A stretch of DNA of 64,000 bases from an uncultured Candidatus Saccharibacteria bacterium (GCA_964355645.1 CAYHDI010000001.1:92897-156896), one strand, 5' to 3'. Positions 19,374-28,934 are shown, counted from the first letter of the stretch. A program made the numbers and translations. Notes: a model not told the origin generated them from the letters alone.

Positions 19374-21317
19374 CTAGTCAAATGATATATCAAGTAATGG
19401 TTTGCTCTTCCACGAATCTTCTCCTTCAAAAGTTTCTTCCTCGGTTAGTTCTTCGGGGATATCAAAAATAAATTCTGAAGGAATGTTCACTTGTCTTGAG
19501 CCGAAGATAGTTCGCATCTGGGCATATGAAAGGAAAATTTTCTTCTTGGCCCGAGTGATGGCCACATAGAACAGCCTTCTCTCCTCCTCCGCCTCTTCGG
19601 GTGTGATATTTTCTCTAGTGATTTTTTGATGAGGAAATAGTCCATCCTCAAGTCCAGAAACAAAAATTGTGTTGAATTCTAGGCCTTTTGAGGCATGAAC
19701 GGTCATCAATCGAACAGAGTTTTGTTCTTCCTTGAGTTCATCTTGATCACTATTTAAAGCCGAATCAGAGAGGAGTTGCTCTACCCCCTCTTCCGGATTC
19801 AAATCATCGTAGTGCTTGGCAAAAGCCACAAGCTCGTAAGCATTTTCTAATCTATCGAGATCTTCGCCCTGGTTTTCTTTCCATTCTTTTTCTAATCCCG
19901 AAGCTTTCAAAATGAAAGTGATGATTTCGCTCGGGTGTTTCTCAATCGTGCAAGCTTTTATCTCTTCGAGCAGAGAATAAAAATCTTTTATTTTTTTCTG
20001 AGTGGTTCCGGTCAGGCCCGCTTCAGCTCCAGAAAATAATTTGGCTACCGAGGCCTTCCCTATTCCTCGTGCAGGAACATTGATAATCCGTTTGATATTA
20101 GACAATCCGCTTGGATTAAGCGAAGCCCGGAGATACGCAAGGATGTCTTTAATTTCTTTGCGTTCAAAAAATCTTGTGCCGATAAGTTGATACGGCAGGC
20201 GATGTTGCATGAAGGCCTCTTCGAGAACTCGGGATTGAAAATTGGCTCTGTAGAGGACAGCAATTTCTCTCGGCTCGGTTCCCTCGCCGATTAGTTTCTC
20301 AGCTTTCGAAGCGATGAATTCAGCCTCGGCTGATTCGTCGAAGCCTTGAAAGATTCCAATTTTTTCTCCAGAACCTTGAGAAGTGAACAAAGTCTTCTTT
20401 CTGCGAATTTTGTTTTTCTCTATGACTGCGTTCGCTGCCTCAAGAATAGTTTTGGTCGAACGATAATTTTCTTCAAGCAAAATAATTTTCGCCTCGGGAT
20501 AATCCTTTTCAAAATCCAAAATGTTTTTTATGTCTGCGCCTCTCCAAGAATAAATGTTTTGATCTATATCCCCTACCACACAGATGTTTCTCTTCGGCCC
20601 AACCAAGAGTTTACAAATCTCGTATTGCACCCCACTCGTGTCTTGATATTCATCCACATGAACATAGTCCCAAGTTTTTTGATAAAAATGTCTGACTTCA
20701 AGATCAGTGCGCAAGAGCCACGCCATTTTTAAAAGCAAATCGTCGAAGTCGAGAGCCCCGTCTCTTTTTAAAATCTTTTCGTATTCTTTCCAAACCATCT
20801 CAACCACATCCGAGAAGTATCCTCTTTCGCTTCGATTCTCATAATCCGTTTCGTTTAATCCCCGGCCTTTCTCTTTGGAAATAATCGAGAGTACTCGAGC
20901 AGGGTCATGAGTTTTCACATCCAAACTGCACTTTTCGAGAGCCTCTTTTACCGCCTTTTTGCTATCATCTCGATCGAAAATAGTGAAATGTCGTCTAAGT
21001 CCGAGTTTGGCCGACTGTTCCTTGATGATATGAACTCCGAGCGAATGAAAAGTTGAGACAAACGGCCGTTCATTCATTGAAACCGGTTTGTTTATGGTTC
21101 TGTCTTCAGAAAGCATCTTTTCTATCCTCTCCTTCATTTCTCGAGCCGCTTTGTTGGTGAAAGTAATAGCCAGAATCCTCGAAGGAGAGGTCCCATTTTT
21201 CACCAGGTGTTTAATTCTTTCGGCAATGGTCTTGGTTTTGCCCGCCCCAGCCCCGGCCAAAATCAAAAGCGGTCCTTCGGTAGTCGAAATTGCTTCTTTT
21301 TGCCTTTCGTTTAGCAT
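19374..21317 (-). CDS. pcrA: UvrD/PcrA superfamily 1 DNA helicase
   Basis: LILAGAGAGKT, TFTNKAA, VDEYQDT, GDIDQNIYSWRGA, TVHASKGLEF, EERRLFYVAITRA. Confidence 0.93.
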   Translation of the reverse strand: MLNERQKEAISTTEGPLLILAGAGAGKTKTIAERIKHLVKNGTSPSRILAITFTNKAAREMKERIEKMLSEDRTINKPVSMNERPFVSTFHSLGVHIIKEQSAKLGLRRHFTIFDRDDSKKAVKEALEKCSLDVKTHDPARVLSIISKEKGRGLNETDYENRSERGYFSDVVEMVWKEYEKILKRDGALDFDDLLLKMAWLLRTDLEVRHFYQKTWDYVHVDEYQDTSGVQYEICKLLVGPKRNICVVGDIDQNIYSWRGADIKNILDFEKDYPEAKIILLEENYRSTKTILEAANAVIEKNKIRRKKTLFTSQGSGEKIGIFQGFDESAEAEFIASKAEKLIGEGTEPREIAVLYRANFQSRVLEEAFMQHRLPYQLIGTRFFERKEIKDILAYLRASLNPSGLSNIKRIINVPARGIGKASVAKLFSGAEAGLTGTTQKKIKDFYSLLEEIKACTIEKHPSEIITFILKASGLEKEWKENQGEDLDRLENAYELVAFAKHYDDLNPEEGVEQLLSDSALNSDQDELKEEQNSVRLMTVHASKGLEFNTIFVSGLEDGLFPHQKITRENITPEEAEEERRLFYVAITRAKKKIFLSYAQMRTIFGSRQVNIPSEFIFDIPEELTEEETFEGEDSWKSKPLLDISFD

Positions 21318-21537
21318 TATTTACACACTATAGCATGGTGGATATGTCGATTGCGGTGGCTGGTTATGAGCGTATAATGAAGGAGCGGTACAGAAGTATA
21401 CAGTGGGCCAGAAATATGGCCATACAGAGCCACCGACCGAAGAACTATAAATTTAACCCAAGTTTATTTCTAAAAAGTTAACCCTCAAAGGCCTTTTCTC
21501 GTCTCTCAAAGCCTTTGGCCTCCAAAATCCCCATATT

Positions 21538-22536
21538 GTGACAGGACTGCGAATCTCGCTCGTGACCGCTTTTTCTGTCCTTGTTGTGGTGCCTTCTCTA
21601 GCCAACGCCCGCGGTACTACCTTTTCTAAGGCTCCGGAAGTCATAATTAATCAAACCTCTCAAACGATGGCCTTGCTCGAGGCTCCAAAAAACATTAATC
21701 CAAGCGTTTCTGTTGGTCGAACTTTGGCTATTATAGATAATAGTGCACTTTATTATGAAGGAGACAGTGGTACGGCTTTCATTGATGCAGGCAAGTCTGG
21801 CACGGGCCAAATTAGTGTTTATGTGGTCAGAAAGGGTGATTCCCTTGCCTTGATTGCCAAGATGTTCGGAGTCTCAACCAACACCATCACTTGGGCCAAC
21901 AATCTTAAGGGAGGAGTTATCAAGGAGGGAGATCAGCTTGTTATTCTTCCGGTTTCAGGAATCAAACATACGGTGAAAAAGGGCGACACTCTCCAATATA
22001 TAGCCAAGCTTTATAAAGCAGATATAAACGACATTCTTTCATACAACGATGTCACTATTGATACAAAATTAGGTATCGGGGATGTGATTATTGTCCCGGA
22101 CGGAGAAATTGTTACCATCTCTATTTCTTCTGGTTCTTCAAATCAGTCGAAAGAACCTTTGCTTTTGAATGTAAACAATTATCCAACTTATGCGGGTTAT
22201 TATCAAAGACCAATCAATGGTGGAAGAAAGACTCAAGGAATTCACGGATACAATGGGGTTGACCTGGCGGCTCCTAAAGGTACTCCGATTTATGCAGCTG
22301 CCGATGGACGGGTTATTATCGCTCGAACCTCCGGCTACAACGGTGGATACGGACTCTATGTGGTTATTAGTCATACAAATGGCACGCAAACAGTTTATGG
22401 CCATATGTCCAAAGTAAATGTTTCAGTTGGCCAGAATGTTGTTCGGGGTCAAATCATCGGCGCAGTCGGCAACACCGGTCGTTCAACTGGTTCTCACGTC
22501 CACTTCGAAATCAGAGGGGCAAAGAATCCGTTTTAA
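21538..22536 (+). CDS. LysM + M23 family peptidase (start uncertain)
   Basis: Two LysM repeats (YVVRKGDSL, HTVKKGDTL); GVDLAA, YGHMS, GRSTGSHVHFE. Confidence 0.9.
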   Translation: MTGLRISLVTAFSVLVVVPSLANARGTTFSKAPEVIINQTSQTMALLEAPKNINPSVSVGRTLAIIDNSALYYEGDSGTAFIDAGKSGTGQISVYVVRKGDSLALIAKMFGVSTNTITWANNLKGGVIKEGDQLVILPVSGIKHTVKKGDTLQYIAKLYKADINDILSYNDVTIDTKLGIGDVIIVPDGEIVTISISSGSSNQSKEPLLLNVNNYPTYAGYYQRPINGGRKTQGIHGYNGVDLAAPKGTPIYAAADGRVIIARTSGYNGGYGLYVVISHTNGTQTVYGHMSKVNVSVGQNVVRGQIIGAVGNTGRSTGSHVHFEIRGAKNPF

Positions 22537-22591
22537 GAGTTTTCCCCACTTCAAACAAATATTGTAGAATACTTGCTGTATAATTTGTTGC

Positions 22592-22990
22592 ATGCAAACA
22601 CAAAACAATAAACGTCCTATTTCTGCTTTTATTCTTGCTTGGTTGTTCTTGCTTGGTGGAGTATTCGGGATTATCGGTTCGATTCTTACTTTAGTGATCG
22701 TTCTTTCAACATCGGGTTCGACTGATGTTGCTTCTATTCAAATTCAAAATCTGAAAGGGATGTCTTTTTTGGTTGGAGGGTCTGGTGTAGTTATGGGCAT
22801 TTTAAGTATTATCGTGGCTTATGGTTTATTCAAAATGAAAAGATGGGCACTTGTTTTGCTGACTATTTTTGCTGCTACCGAAATCGTGTTATTCTTCGCT
22901 ACTTCTTTTCAGATTGGTAATCCAGTCTTTCTCCTCATCATGATAGTGCTGACGATTTACTTCTGGATGATAAGAGAAAAGTTTAATTAA
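22592..22990 (+). CDS. Four-TM hypothetical membrane protein
   Basis: Four hydrophobic helices, AYGLFKMKRWA; TATAAT 7 nt upstream. Confidence 0.7.
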   Translation: MQTQNNKRPISAFILAWLFLLGGVFGIIGSILTLVIVLSTSGSTDVASIQIQNLKGMSFLVGGSGVVMGILSIIVAYGLFKMKRWALVLLTIFAATEIVLFFATSFQIGNPVFLLIMIVLTIYFWMIREKFN

Positions 22991-23005
22991 CTCGCCGAGC
23001 TCTCT

Positions 23006-23050
23006 CACATCAAATTTTTTGGGGCGAGATTCAACGGCTTCGAGAGCGTG
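23006..23050 (-). repeat. Diverged duplicate of the comM 3' end
   Basis: 35/45 identical to 23626-23670; translates HALEAVESRPKKFDV vs HILEAVEYRPKKFDV. Confidence 0.8.
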
Positions 23051-23058
23051 AATATGGT

Positions 23059-23147
23059 TTGACAATCTAGCGTCAAGCCGTATACTTAATGTATTAGGTC
23101 CCTTCGGGGGACTCCGAGAAACCCGCCCTTCGGCGGGTTTTGATTTT
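23059..23147 (+). ncRNA. Putative small RNA 1 with its promoter, convergent on pemK
   Basis: TTGACA-16-TATACT, then TATTA, a TTCG hairpin, CTCCGAG, a 9-bp terminator-like hairpin and a T-rich tail. Confidence 0.55.
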
Positions 23148-23153
23148 GGCTAC

Positions 23154-23233
23154 TTGCTTTATTTTAGGAGTTGACTATAATAATCATATTATGGCTTCGG
23201 CCTCCGAGGACCTCCGCAAGGGGGTCCGATTTG
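23154..23233 (+). ncRNA. Putative small RNA 2 with its promoter, convergent on pemK
   Basis: TTGCTT-16-TATAAT, then TATTA, GGC-TTCG-GCC, CTCCGAG, an 8-bp GCAA-tetraloop hairpin. Confidence 0.55.
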
Positions 23234-23617
23234 TTATAGTGATTCTAGCCAAGCGTTCTTAAGTTCGTTGAAGATTTTTTCATCAAGTACATCCACCTTG
23301 CGTAATAATCGTTTGTTGCTGATCACTCGCATTTGGCTAAGCTTTGCCCATATAACTCTTTCTTCCGTTTGAACTTTGTAATGGAATCTATCAGTTTTTT
23401 CTTTAGTAGTTAAAGGTAAGATTACAGCTGTTTCTTTGTTGTAAACTTTCATAATAATAACTGGGCGTTCGAAATTTTCATTCTTTCCGTCTATTTCCGC
23501 GCCAACATTAAGACCTAACGAACACCACCATATCTCTCTTGGGTGTACATATTTGGTAATAGGAGCTTTTTCAAGTTCCTTTTTATTTTTATTCCATGTG
23601 TCAAAATCTTTTTGCAT
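23234..23617 (-). CDS. PemK/MazF-family endoribonuclease with no adjacent protein antitoxin
   Basis: REIWWCSLGLNVGAEIDGK..RPVIIM..LPLTT..LSQMRVISNKRL. Confidence 0.85.
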   Translation of the reverse strand: MQKDFDTWNKNKKELEKAPITKYVHPREIWWCSLGLNVGAEIDGKNENFERPVIIMKVYNKETAVILPLTTKEKTDRFHYKVQTEERVIWAKLSQMRVISNKRLLRKVDVLDEKIFNELKNAWLESL

Positions 23618-23622
23618 TTGTT

Positions 23623-25164
23623 TTACACATCAAATTTCTTGGGCCTATACTCGACGGCCTCGAGGATGTGGTCGCGGGTAATTTCCTTAGAATTATCCAA
23701 ATCAGCGATGGTGCGAGCGACTTTAATCATTCGGTGATAAACACGCGGAGAGAATCCTAATCTATCGGACGCAAGATTGAGTGCAGATTTAGCTTCTGGT
23801 TCAAGGGTGATGAAATTTATCAAATCACGCGCACTCATCTCAGAGTTTTTTAATAAATAGGTTTTGTTATTTTTGTTTGATTCAGAAAATCTGGCGCGTT
23901 GAATATTCCTTGCATCAATCACTTTGTTTTTAAAGAATTCACTCTTGGCCCCTTCCTCAATACCTGAAAGTTGTTCAGCATTAATTCTGTCTACTTCAAG
24001 CCAAATATCTATACGATCAATAATCGGTCCGCTCATTTTTCTTCTATATCTTTGGAGTGATGTGGGAGTACAAATACAAGGTTTACCCCGAAAACCATAA
24101 TTACCACATGGGCAAGGATTCATGGCGGCGATTAGTAATACATTTGCTGGGAAGTTTGCTGTACCCTTCGCCCGAGCAACAGATATAACCTTATCCTCTA
24201 GTGGTTGTCTTAAACTCTCTACAACTCGTCTTTCAAATTCCGGAAATTCATCCATGAAAAGTACTCCACGATGAGCAAGAGTTATTTCTCCAGGTTTAGG
24301 CGTCGCTCCTCCACCAACGAGTGAAACATAGGATGATGTGTGGTGAGGCGAACGAAACGGGGGCTCGGTAATAAAATTAGCCAATGTACCAGCCACAGAA
24401 TGGATACTGGTGGCTTCGAGCGCTTCATCAAACGAAAGAGAGGGCAAAATACCAGAGAAGGCTTTGGCCAACATTGATTTTCCTGTTCCCGGAGGGCCAT
24501 ACATGGCCACATTGTGTCCACCAGCAGCGGCGATGAGCAGTCCCCGTTTGGCCCTCTCCTGTCCTCGGATATCAGAGAAATCAACACTAGAAACTTTGGT
24601 TTCTTTTTTAAATTCAGTTGTATTATTTTTTGTTAAAAGCCTTTTTTTGGTTAAGTGCCCAATTAATGAATTTAACGAATCAACCCCGTAGACATCTATA
24701 CCACTGATGATGGCGGCTTCTTCTGCATTTTCTTTAGGCACATATAATTCTTTGATACCTTTTAATTTGGCAAACTGAGTGATGGGCAATACCCCGCGTA
24801 CTGGGCGAAGTGTCCCATCCAATGATAATTCTCCAAGGAAAACTTTTTTCTCCGGATCAAAATCAATTTCTTCTGCAGATAATAAATATGAAAGGGCCAT
24901 AGCCACATCAAATGATGGTCCCTCCTTTTTTTCTGAGGCCGGGGCGAGGGAGATTACAATTTTATGGTTCTGTGCCTTTGGAGAATCATAACCAGAATTT
25001 TTTATGGCCGAACTTAATCTATCTCTGGATTCTTCTACGGCCTTATCTGGTAGTCCAACAACAGCAAAGGCATAAAGTGTCCGGGGCGTGATGTCAGTCT
25101 CCACAGAGACAATCCCCGCTGATAATGCTGAAGTCTGAGCGCTGTAAACTTTTGAGAAGCTCAT
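23623..25164 (-). CDS. comM: ComM/YifB Mg-chelatase-like AAA+ ATPase
   Basis: VGLPDKAVEES, GELSLDG, GPPGTGKS, PFRSPHH, PGEITLAHRGVLFMDE, AAMNPCPCG. Confidence 0.93.
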   Translation of the reverse strand: MSFSKVYSAQTSALSAGIVSVETDITPRTLYAFAVVGLPDKAVEESRDRLSSAIKNSGYDSPKAQNHKIVISLAPASEKKEGPSFDVAMALSYLLSAEEIDFDPEKKVFLGELSLDGTLRPVRGVLPITQFAKLKGIKELYVPKENAEEAAIISGIDVYGVDSLNSLIGHLTKKRLLTKNNTTEFKKETKVSSVDFSDIRGQERAKRGLLIAAAGGHNVAMYGPPGTGKSMLAKAFSGILPSLSFDEALEATSIHSVAGTLANFITEPPFRSPHHTSSYVSLVGGGATPKPGEITLAHRGVLFMDEFPEFERRVVESLRQPLEDKVISVARAKGTANFPANVLLIAAMNPCPCGNYGFRGKPCICTPTSLQRYRRKMSGPIIDRIDIWLEVDRINAEQLSGIEEGAKSEFFKNKVIDARNIQRARFSESNKNNKTYLLKNSEMSARDLINFITLEPEAKSALNLASDRLGFSPRVYHRMIKVARTIADLDNSKEITRDHILEAVEYRPKKFDV

Positions 25165-25173
25165 AGCTCTGAA

Positions 25174-25530
25174 TTATTCCATGTGCTTCTTGCAGGTTGA
25201 AGCGGCCGGGTTGGCTTCCAATCTATCTGATTCTATTTCTTCACCGCATACTCGGCATATGCCGTAGGTGCCCTCGTCGATTCTCTGTAAGGCTTCTTTG
25301 ATTTCTTGAAGCTTCGGTTCAAGAGAGTTTACTATCGCGTTGTTGCTCTCATATTCATCTATACTGTTTCCTGCGGTGCTTTCTTCGTATACAGTGTCAT
25401 GCTCCTCGGGTACAGCTTCCCAGTCCCCTTCTCTATCAGGATTTTTTCTAGCAACTTCCAGTAGTTCTTTTTCAAGAAGAATTTTTTCATCGCGGAGCTT
25501 CTTTTCAAAATGTTTGGTGTCAATAGTCAT
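25174..25530 (-). CDS. DksA/TraR C4-type zinc-finger protein
   Basis: ALQRIDEGTYGICRVCGEEI..RLEANPAASTCKKH. Confidence 0.85.
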   Translation of the reverse strand: MTIDTKHFEKKLRDEKILLEKELLEVARKNPDREGDWEAVPEEHDTVYEESTAGNSIDEYESNNAIVNSLEPKLQEIKEALQRIDEGTYGICRVCGEEIESDRLEANPAASTCKKHME

Positions 25531-25562
25531 GGAAGTATTGTATCAAAGTTGCTGGCCTCCGC

Positions 25563-26486
25563 CTAGCGAGAAAGTTTGGACGTGTTCAGTCGAATGATGA
25601 GGGCCCGCAAGCTCGGCTCGTTGTCTGTGATGATGAGCATGTTGTTGTCGTAGAACGAATAGAGAAGGAGAGTATTGTTGTTTTGGTCTTTGATAACACG
25701 AGCGTCTTTGTTTTGAATAGTGACATCTTGAAAAGGAATATCGCTCGGCATGTTTGAGACTGTCTCATCAGAAGCGAAGAGGGGCAGGAGGTCGTTCGAG
25801 AGGTCTTTCTCCCATGCGAGCATTCCTGCATAAGAATTTTCAAACGAATCAAGCTTGACTAAGAGGAAGGTGTGCGGAGTCGAACTCGCGAGAGATGTGT
25901 CTCCTATTAATCCGAGCATGAAGAGCGGGTCGAATGCTCGAACAAGACTGGCCTGAGCTTTGGTATTCAAAATATTTAAAAAATCTTCAGTGTTGATGAG
26001 AGGTGTACTCGTTGAGTTCCTTTTTAATTGTATCTGTTCAATATTTCCAGATTTAATTTCTTTGTTTCTCTCGAGATTAAAGGCGGAGAGGAAAGAATCT
26101 CGCGCCAAACCCGAAACATTCAAATCAACGGAGATTTCCGAAGAAATAAACTTATTTGGAACGATAGTCACAACAGGCAAAGCTGATTTTGTTTTGTATG
26201 AGGTGTAGGCGTAGAAAATTCCAATTCCGCCCAAAACAAAAAAGATAAGTGTCCCGAGGACAAGGAGCAAAGTTTTCTCTCGAGATTTCCTCAAAGCTTC
26301 TTCTTCGGGAGTTCTACGAGGAGCGAATTCATCGCCTCCGCCCTGTTTGACCAATTCTGCACGACGAATAGAAACGAGTGATTCATTTTGGTTTTTGAGC
26401 GCATCAGCTACGTCACCTTGATAGGTGCGAATTTGTTTAAGAGAGGAATTTTCTTCTGACTTTGGACTTTCGACTTCAGGATTCAT
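25563..26486 (-). CDS. Single-TM hypothetical protein (CPR-conserved style)
   Basis: IRTYQGDVA N-motif, one TM, AGMLAWE..FQD..NKDARV..LLYSF. Confidence 0.65.
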   Translation of the reverse strand: MNPEVESPKSEENSSLKQIRTYQGDVADALKNQNESLVSIRRAELVKQGGGDEFAPRRTPEEEALRKSREKTLLLVLGTLIFFVLGGIGIFYAYTSYKTKSALPVVTIVPNKFISSEISVDLNVSGLARDSFLSAFNLERNKEIKSGNIEQIQLKRNSTSTPLINTEDFLNILNTKAQASLVRAFDPLFMLGLIGDTSLASSTPHTFLLVKLDSFENSYAGMLAWEKDLSNDLLPLFASDETVSNMPSDIPFQDVTIQNKDARVIKDQNNNTLLLYSFYDNNMLIITDNEPSLRALIIRLNTSKLSR

Positions 26487-26500
26487 TCTCTTATTCTACC

Positions 26501-27043
26501 TTATCTTGAGACTCTTTCACGAGTTCGTCTATCTTCCAAACCCATCAAAAACTTTTTTGGATTGGCATCGAGATCGAAGAAGTCATCGGCGACTTCAATC
26601 AGTTTGGCTGACGAGGATTTCCCGAAGGCCACCACTTCTACTTGTGTACCGTGAGTGTTTTGTAAATATTCTATAAGAGAAACGAAGTCGCCGTCGCCCG
26701 AAGCGATGATGACTGTGTCTAAGTGTCCTGCCATTTTAACCGCGTCCATGGCAAGGTCGATGTCCCAATTGGCTTTCTTCGCTCCACCGATGAAAATCTG
26801 TAGAGGTTTGGTGCGGGTTTCTATCCCTACTTTTGAAAGGGCTTCAAAGAAGCTTTTCTCTTCCCCCGTTTCGGTCGAAGCCACATAAGCAATAGCTCGA
26901 ACGAGGGTTCGTCCGTCTAAAACTTCTTTTAAAATGGCTCCGAAATTTGCTTTAGAATGATAGAGATTCTTCGCACTATGATAAATGTTTTGCGTATCTA
27001 TGAAAATGCCGACACGCTGGGCCTTGTGTTTGATAATTGACAT
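26501..27043 (-). CDS. NYN/LabA-DUF88 (PIN-like) domain protein
   Basis: GIFIDTQNIY, DIDLAMDA, IIASGDGDF, ADDFFDL. Confidence 0.88.
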   Translation of the reverse strand: MSIIKHKAQRVGIFIDTQNIYHSAKNLYHSKANFGAILKEVLDGRTLVRAIAYVASTETGEEKSFFEALSKVGIETRTKPLQIFIGGAKKANWDIDLAMDAVKMAGHLDTVIIASGDGDFVSLIEYLQNTHGTQVEVVAFGKSSSAKLIEVADDFFDLDANPKKFLMGLEDRRTRERVSR

Positions 27044-27056
27044 GAAAATTATTCTT

Positions 27057-27092
27057 AACACTCGGTGTTGAGATTCCCAAACACCGAGTGTT
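27057..27092. repeat. REP doublet (REPIN-like) of the RAYT family
   Basis: AACACTCGGTGTT-10 nt-AACACCGAGTGTT, two inverted copies of the RAYT-flanking core. Confidence 0.8.
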
Positions 27093-27106
27093 TGTATAAA
27101 CGTGAT

Positions 27107-27373
27107 TTACTTCTTCAGACCGAGTTTCTTTTGGAGAGCGAGAGCCTGTTTAGGACTTTTCTTCTCCAGATACTTCATATGCGCCTGTCGTCCAGCCACC
27201 ATCGCGAGTAATCCTCGGCGAGAGTGATTGTCCTTGGCATTTTTCTTCAAATGTTGAGCAAGCTCTTCTATGCGCTTCGTAAGTATTGAAATTTGTACAG
27301 CCGCAGAACCCGTATCCTTATCATGGATTTGGGCTTCTTTGATAACTTTGGCTTTTTTGGTCTTGGAAATCAC
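27107..27373 (-). CDS. rpsO: 30S ribosomal protein S15
   Basis: DTGSAAVQISILTKRI..HLKKNAKDNHSRRGLL. Confidence 0.96.
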   Translation of the reverse strand: MISKTKKAKVIKEAQIHDKDTGSAAVQISILTKRIEELAQHLKKNAKDNHSRRGLLAMVAGRQAHMKYLEKKSPKQALALQKKLGLKK

Positions 27374-27427
27374 CGAATAACGATAGCATACAAGCCCAAA
27401 TTAAGCAAATCGGACAGTTTTGGATAG

Positions 27428-27453
27428 AAAAAAGCACAGGACGTGTCCTGTGC
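27428..27453 (-). terminator. Intrinsic terminator of orphan gene 27462-27851
   Basis: GCACAGGAC/GTCCTGTGC stem then T6 on the minus strand. Confidence 0.7.
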
Positions 27454-27461
27454 GTTGACGG

Positions 27462-27851
27462 CTATTCCCCGATTCGTTCGTTGATGATTTTCGTGAACTC
27501 AACGAGAGTACTGCGGGGAAGACTCGCAAAAAACACATCAACGAGTTCCGTTGCCTCAGCGAGCTTTGTCTCCTTGGGGAATGGTGACAGGCTAATAGGC
27601 ATTTCACGAAACTCGATGACTATGTTGTTCGGCAGATTGTGATTAGTTAGTCCAATAGGTGCCGTCATTCGAACAAATCTGGTTCCAGCCCCAACCTTTG
27701 GAGCTGAGAAATCATCTTTGTTTTCAATGACGATTTGAAACCCGCGAACAACACGGTTTGGGTCTAGGGTCCCTGTCCCTAATCGTCGAATGATATCCGC
27801 ATACATGCGCGACAGTTTCCCGAGTACTGCGTCAGCGACCTTGTGGGTCAT
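27462..27851 (-). CDS. Orphan hypothetical protein
   Basis: AAGGAG SD, own terminator, 129 aa open frame. Confidence 0.6.
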   Translation of the reverse strand: MTHKVADAVLGKLSRMYADIIRRLGTGTLDPNRVVRGFQIVIENKDDFSAPKVGAGTRFVRMTAPIGLTNHNLPNNIVIEFREMPISLSPFPKETKLAEATELVDVFFASLPRSTLVEFTKIINERIGE

Positions 27852-27968
27852 GGGACGTCTCCTTTTAAGAGGGAAAAGAACGATTGCCTAGTGTAGGCGT
27901 TACTCATCTTAGTATTAAATAGACTCCCCGTCAATGGTTTCTCGGGACATGGTATAATGTCGCACAAT

Positions 27969-28934
27969 ATGGGAACAACTACTGAACTTGAAAAGCTGAA
28001 ACGAGAATTTCTCGAATATACTGAGATAGAGAAGGGTCGCAGTTTGAATACCGTCCGAAACTACGAACATTACCTTGATAGATTCTTCGAATTTTCGAAA
28101 GCGAAGAAAGCGAGCGACATCACGGACGGTCTTCTTCGAGAATATCGTTTGTGGTTGAACAGGCAACCCACCTTCGCCAAGGCTTCGGTGGGCAAAGTCT
28201 CTAGAGCAGAGACTTTGAAAAAGAAAACCCAAAATTATTATTTGATTGCTCTTCGCGCGTTTCTGAAATACATTGCGAAGCGTGGAGTGAAGGTCCTCTC
28301 CCCCGAAGTGATTGAACTCGCGAAGGTTGGTGAGAGGCAAATTGATTTGATTACCTCTGAAGAATTGAATCGCTTGCTCGATGCGCCGGATACTGCCACT
28401 CTGCGCGGTTTGAGAGACAAAGCGATTCTTGAAACATTATTTTCGACCGGACTACGTGTTTCTGAACTCTGTTCCCTACCCCGCGAGATAAATCTCGAAA
28501 GTGATGAGTATTCGATTCGAGGCAAGGGTGAGAAAGTTCGCGTGGTCTTTCTTTCTGATGAAGCGAAACATTCAATCAAAAATTATTTGAATAAAAGAAA
28601 TGATTTGGACGATGCGCTCTTCGTAAAAATCGAAGAGCAAAGTCAAAAGTCAAAAGTCAAAAGTCAAAAGTTGAATGAAGTTGCACCGTTGACTCCCCGT
28701 TCAGTCCAAAGAGTTATTAAACATTATGCCATCAAGGCTGGGATATCAAAAAAAGTGACGCCTCACGTCGTGCGACACATGTTCGCGACCGACCTACTCT
28801 CAAACGGTGCAGATTTACGAAGTGTCCAAATGCTCCTCGGCCATGCAAATATCGCTACTACCCAAATTTATACCCACGTGACAGACGCAGCATTAAGGGC
28901 AACACATAAAAAATTCCATTCGAGGAGGAAATAA
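27969..28934 (+). CDS. XerC/XerD-family tyrosine recombinase
   Basis: LRDKAILETLFSTGLRVSEL, GKGEKVR, TPHVVRHMFATDLL, LLGHANIATTQIYTH; start moved to the ATG downstream of TATAAT. Confidence 0.93.
   Translation: MGTTTELEKLKREFLEYTEIEKGRSLNTVRNYEHYLDRFFEFSKAKKASDITDGLLREYRLWLNRQPTFAKASVGKVSRAETLKKKTQNYYLIALRAFLKYIAKRGVKVLSPEVIELAKVGERQIDLITSEELNRLLDAPDTATLRGLRDKAILETLFSTGLRVSELCSLPREINLESDEYSIRGKGEKVRVVFLSDEAKHSIKNYLNKRNDLDDALFVKIEEQSQKSKVKSQKLNEVAPLTPRSVQRVIKHYAIKAGISKKVTPHVVRHMFATDLLSNGADLRSVQMLLGHANIATTQIYTHVTDAALRATHKKFHSRRK

Noticed and set aside
27969-28934. Integron integrase or prophage integrase
   Set aside because: The sequence is Xer-like. The extra segment is explained by a CAAAAGT tract rather than the IntI patch, and there is no attC array or phage gene nearby.
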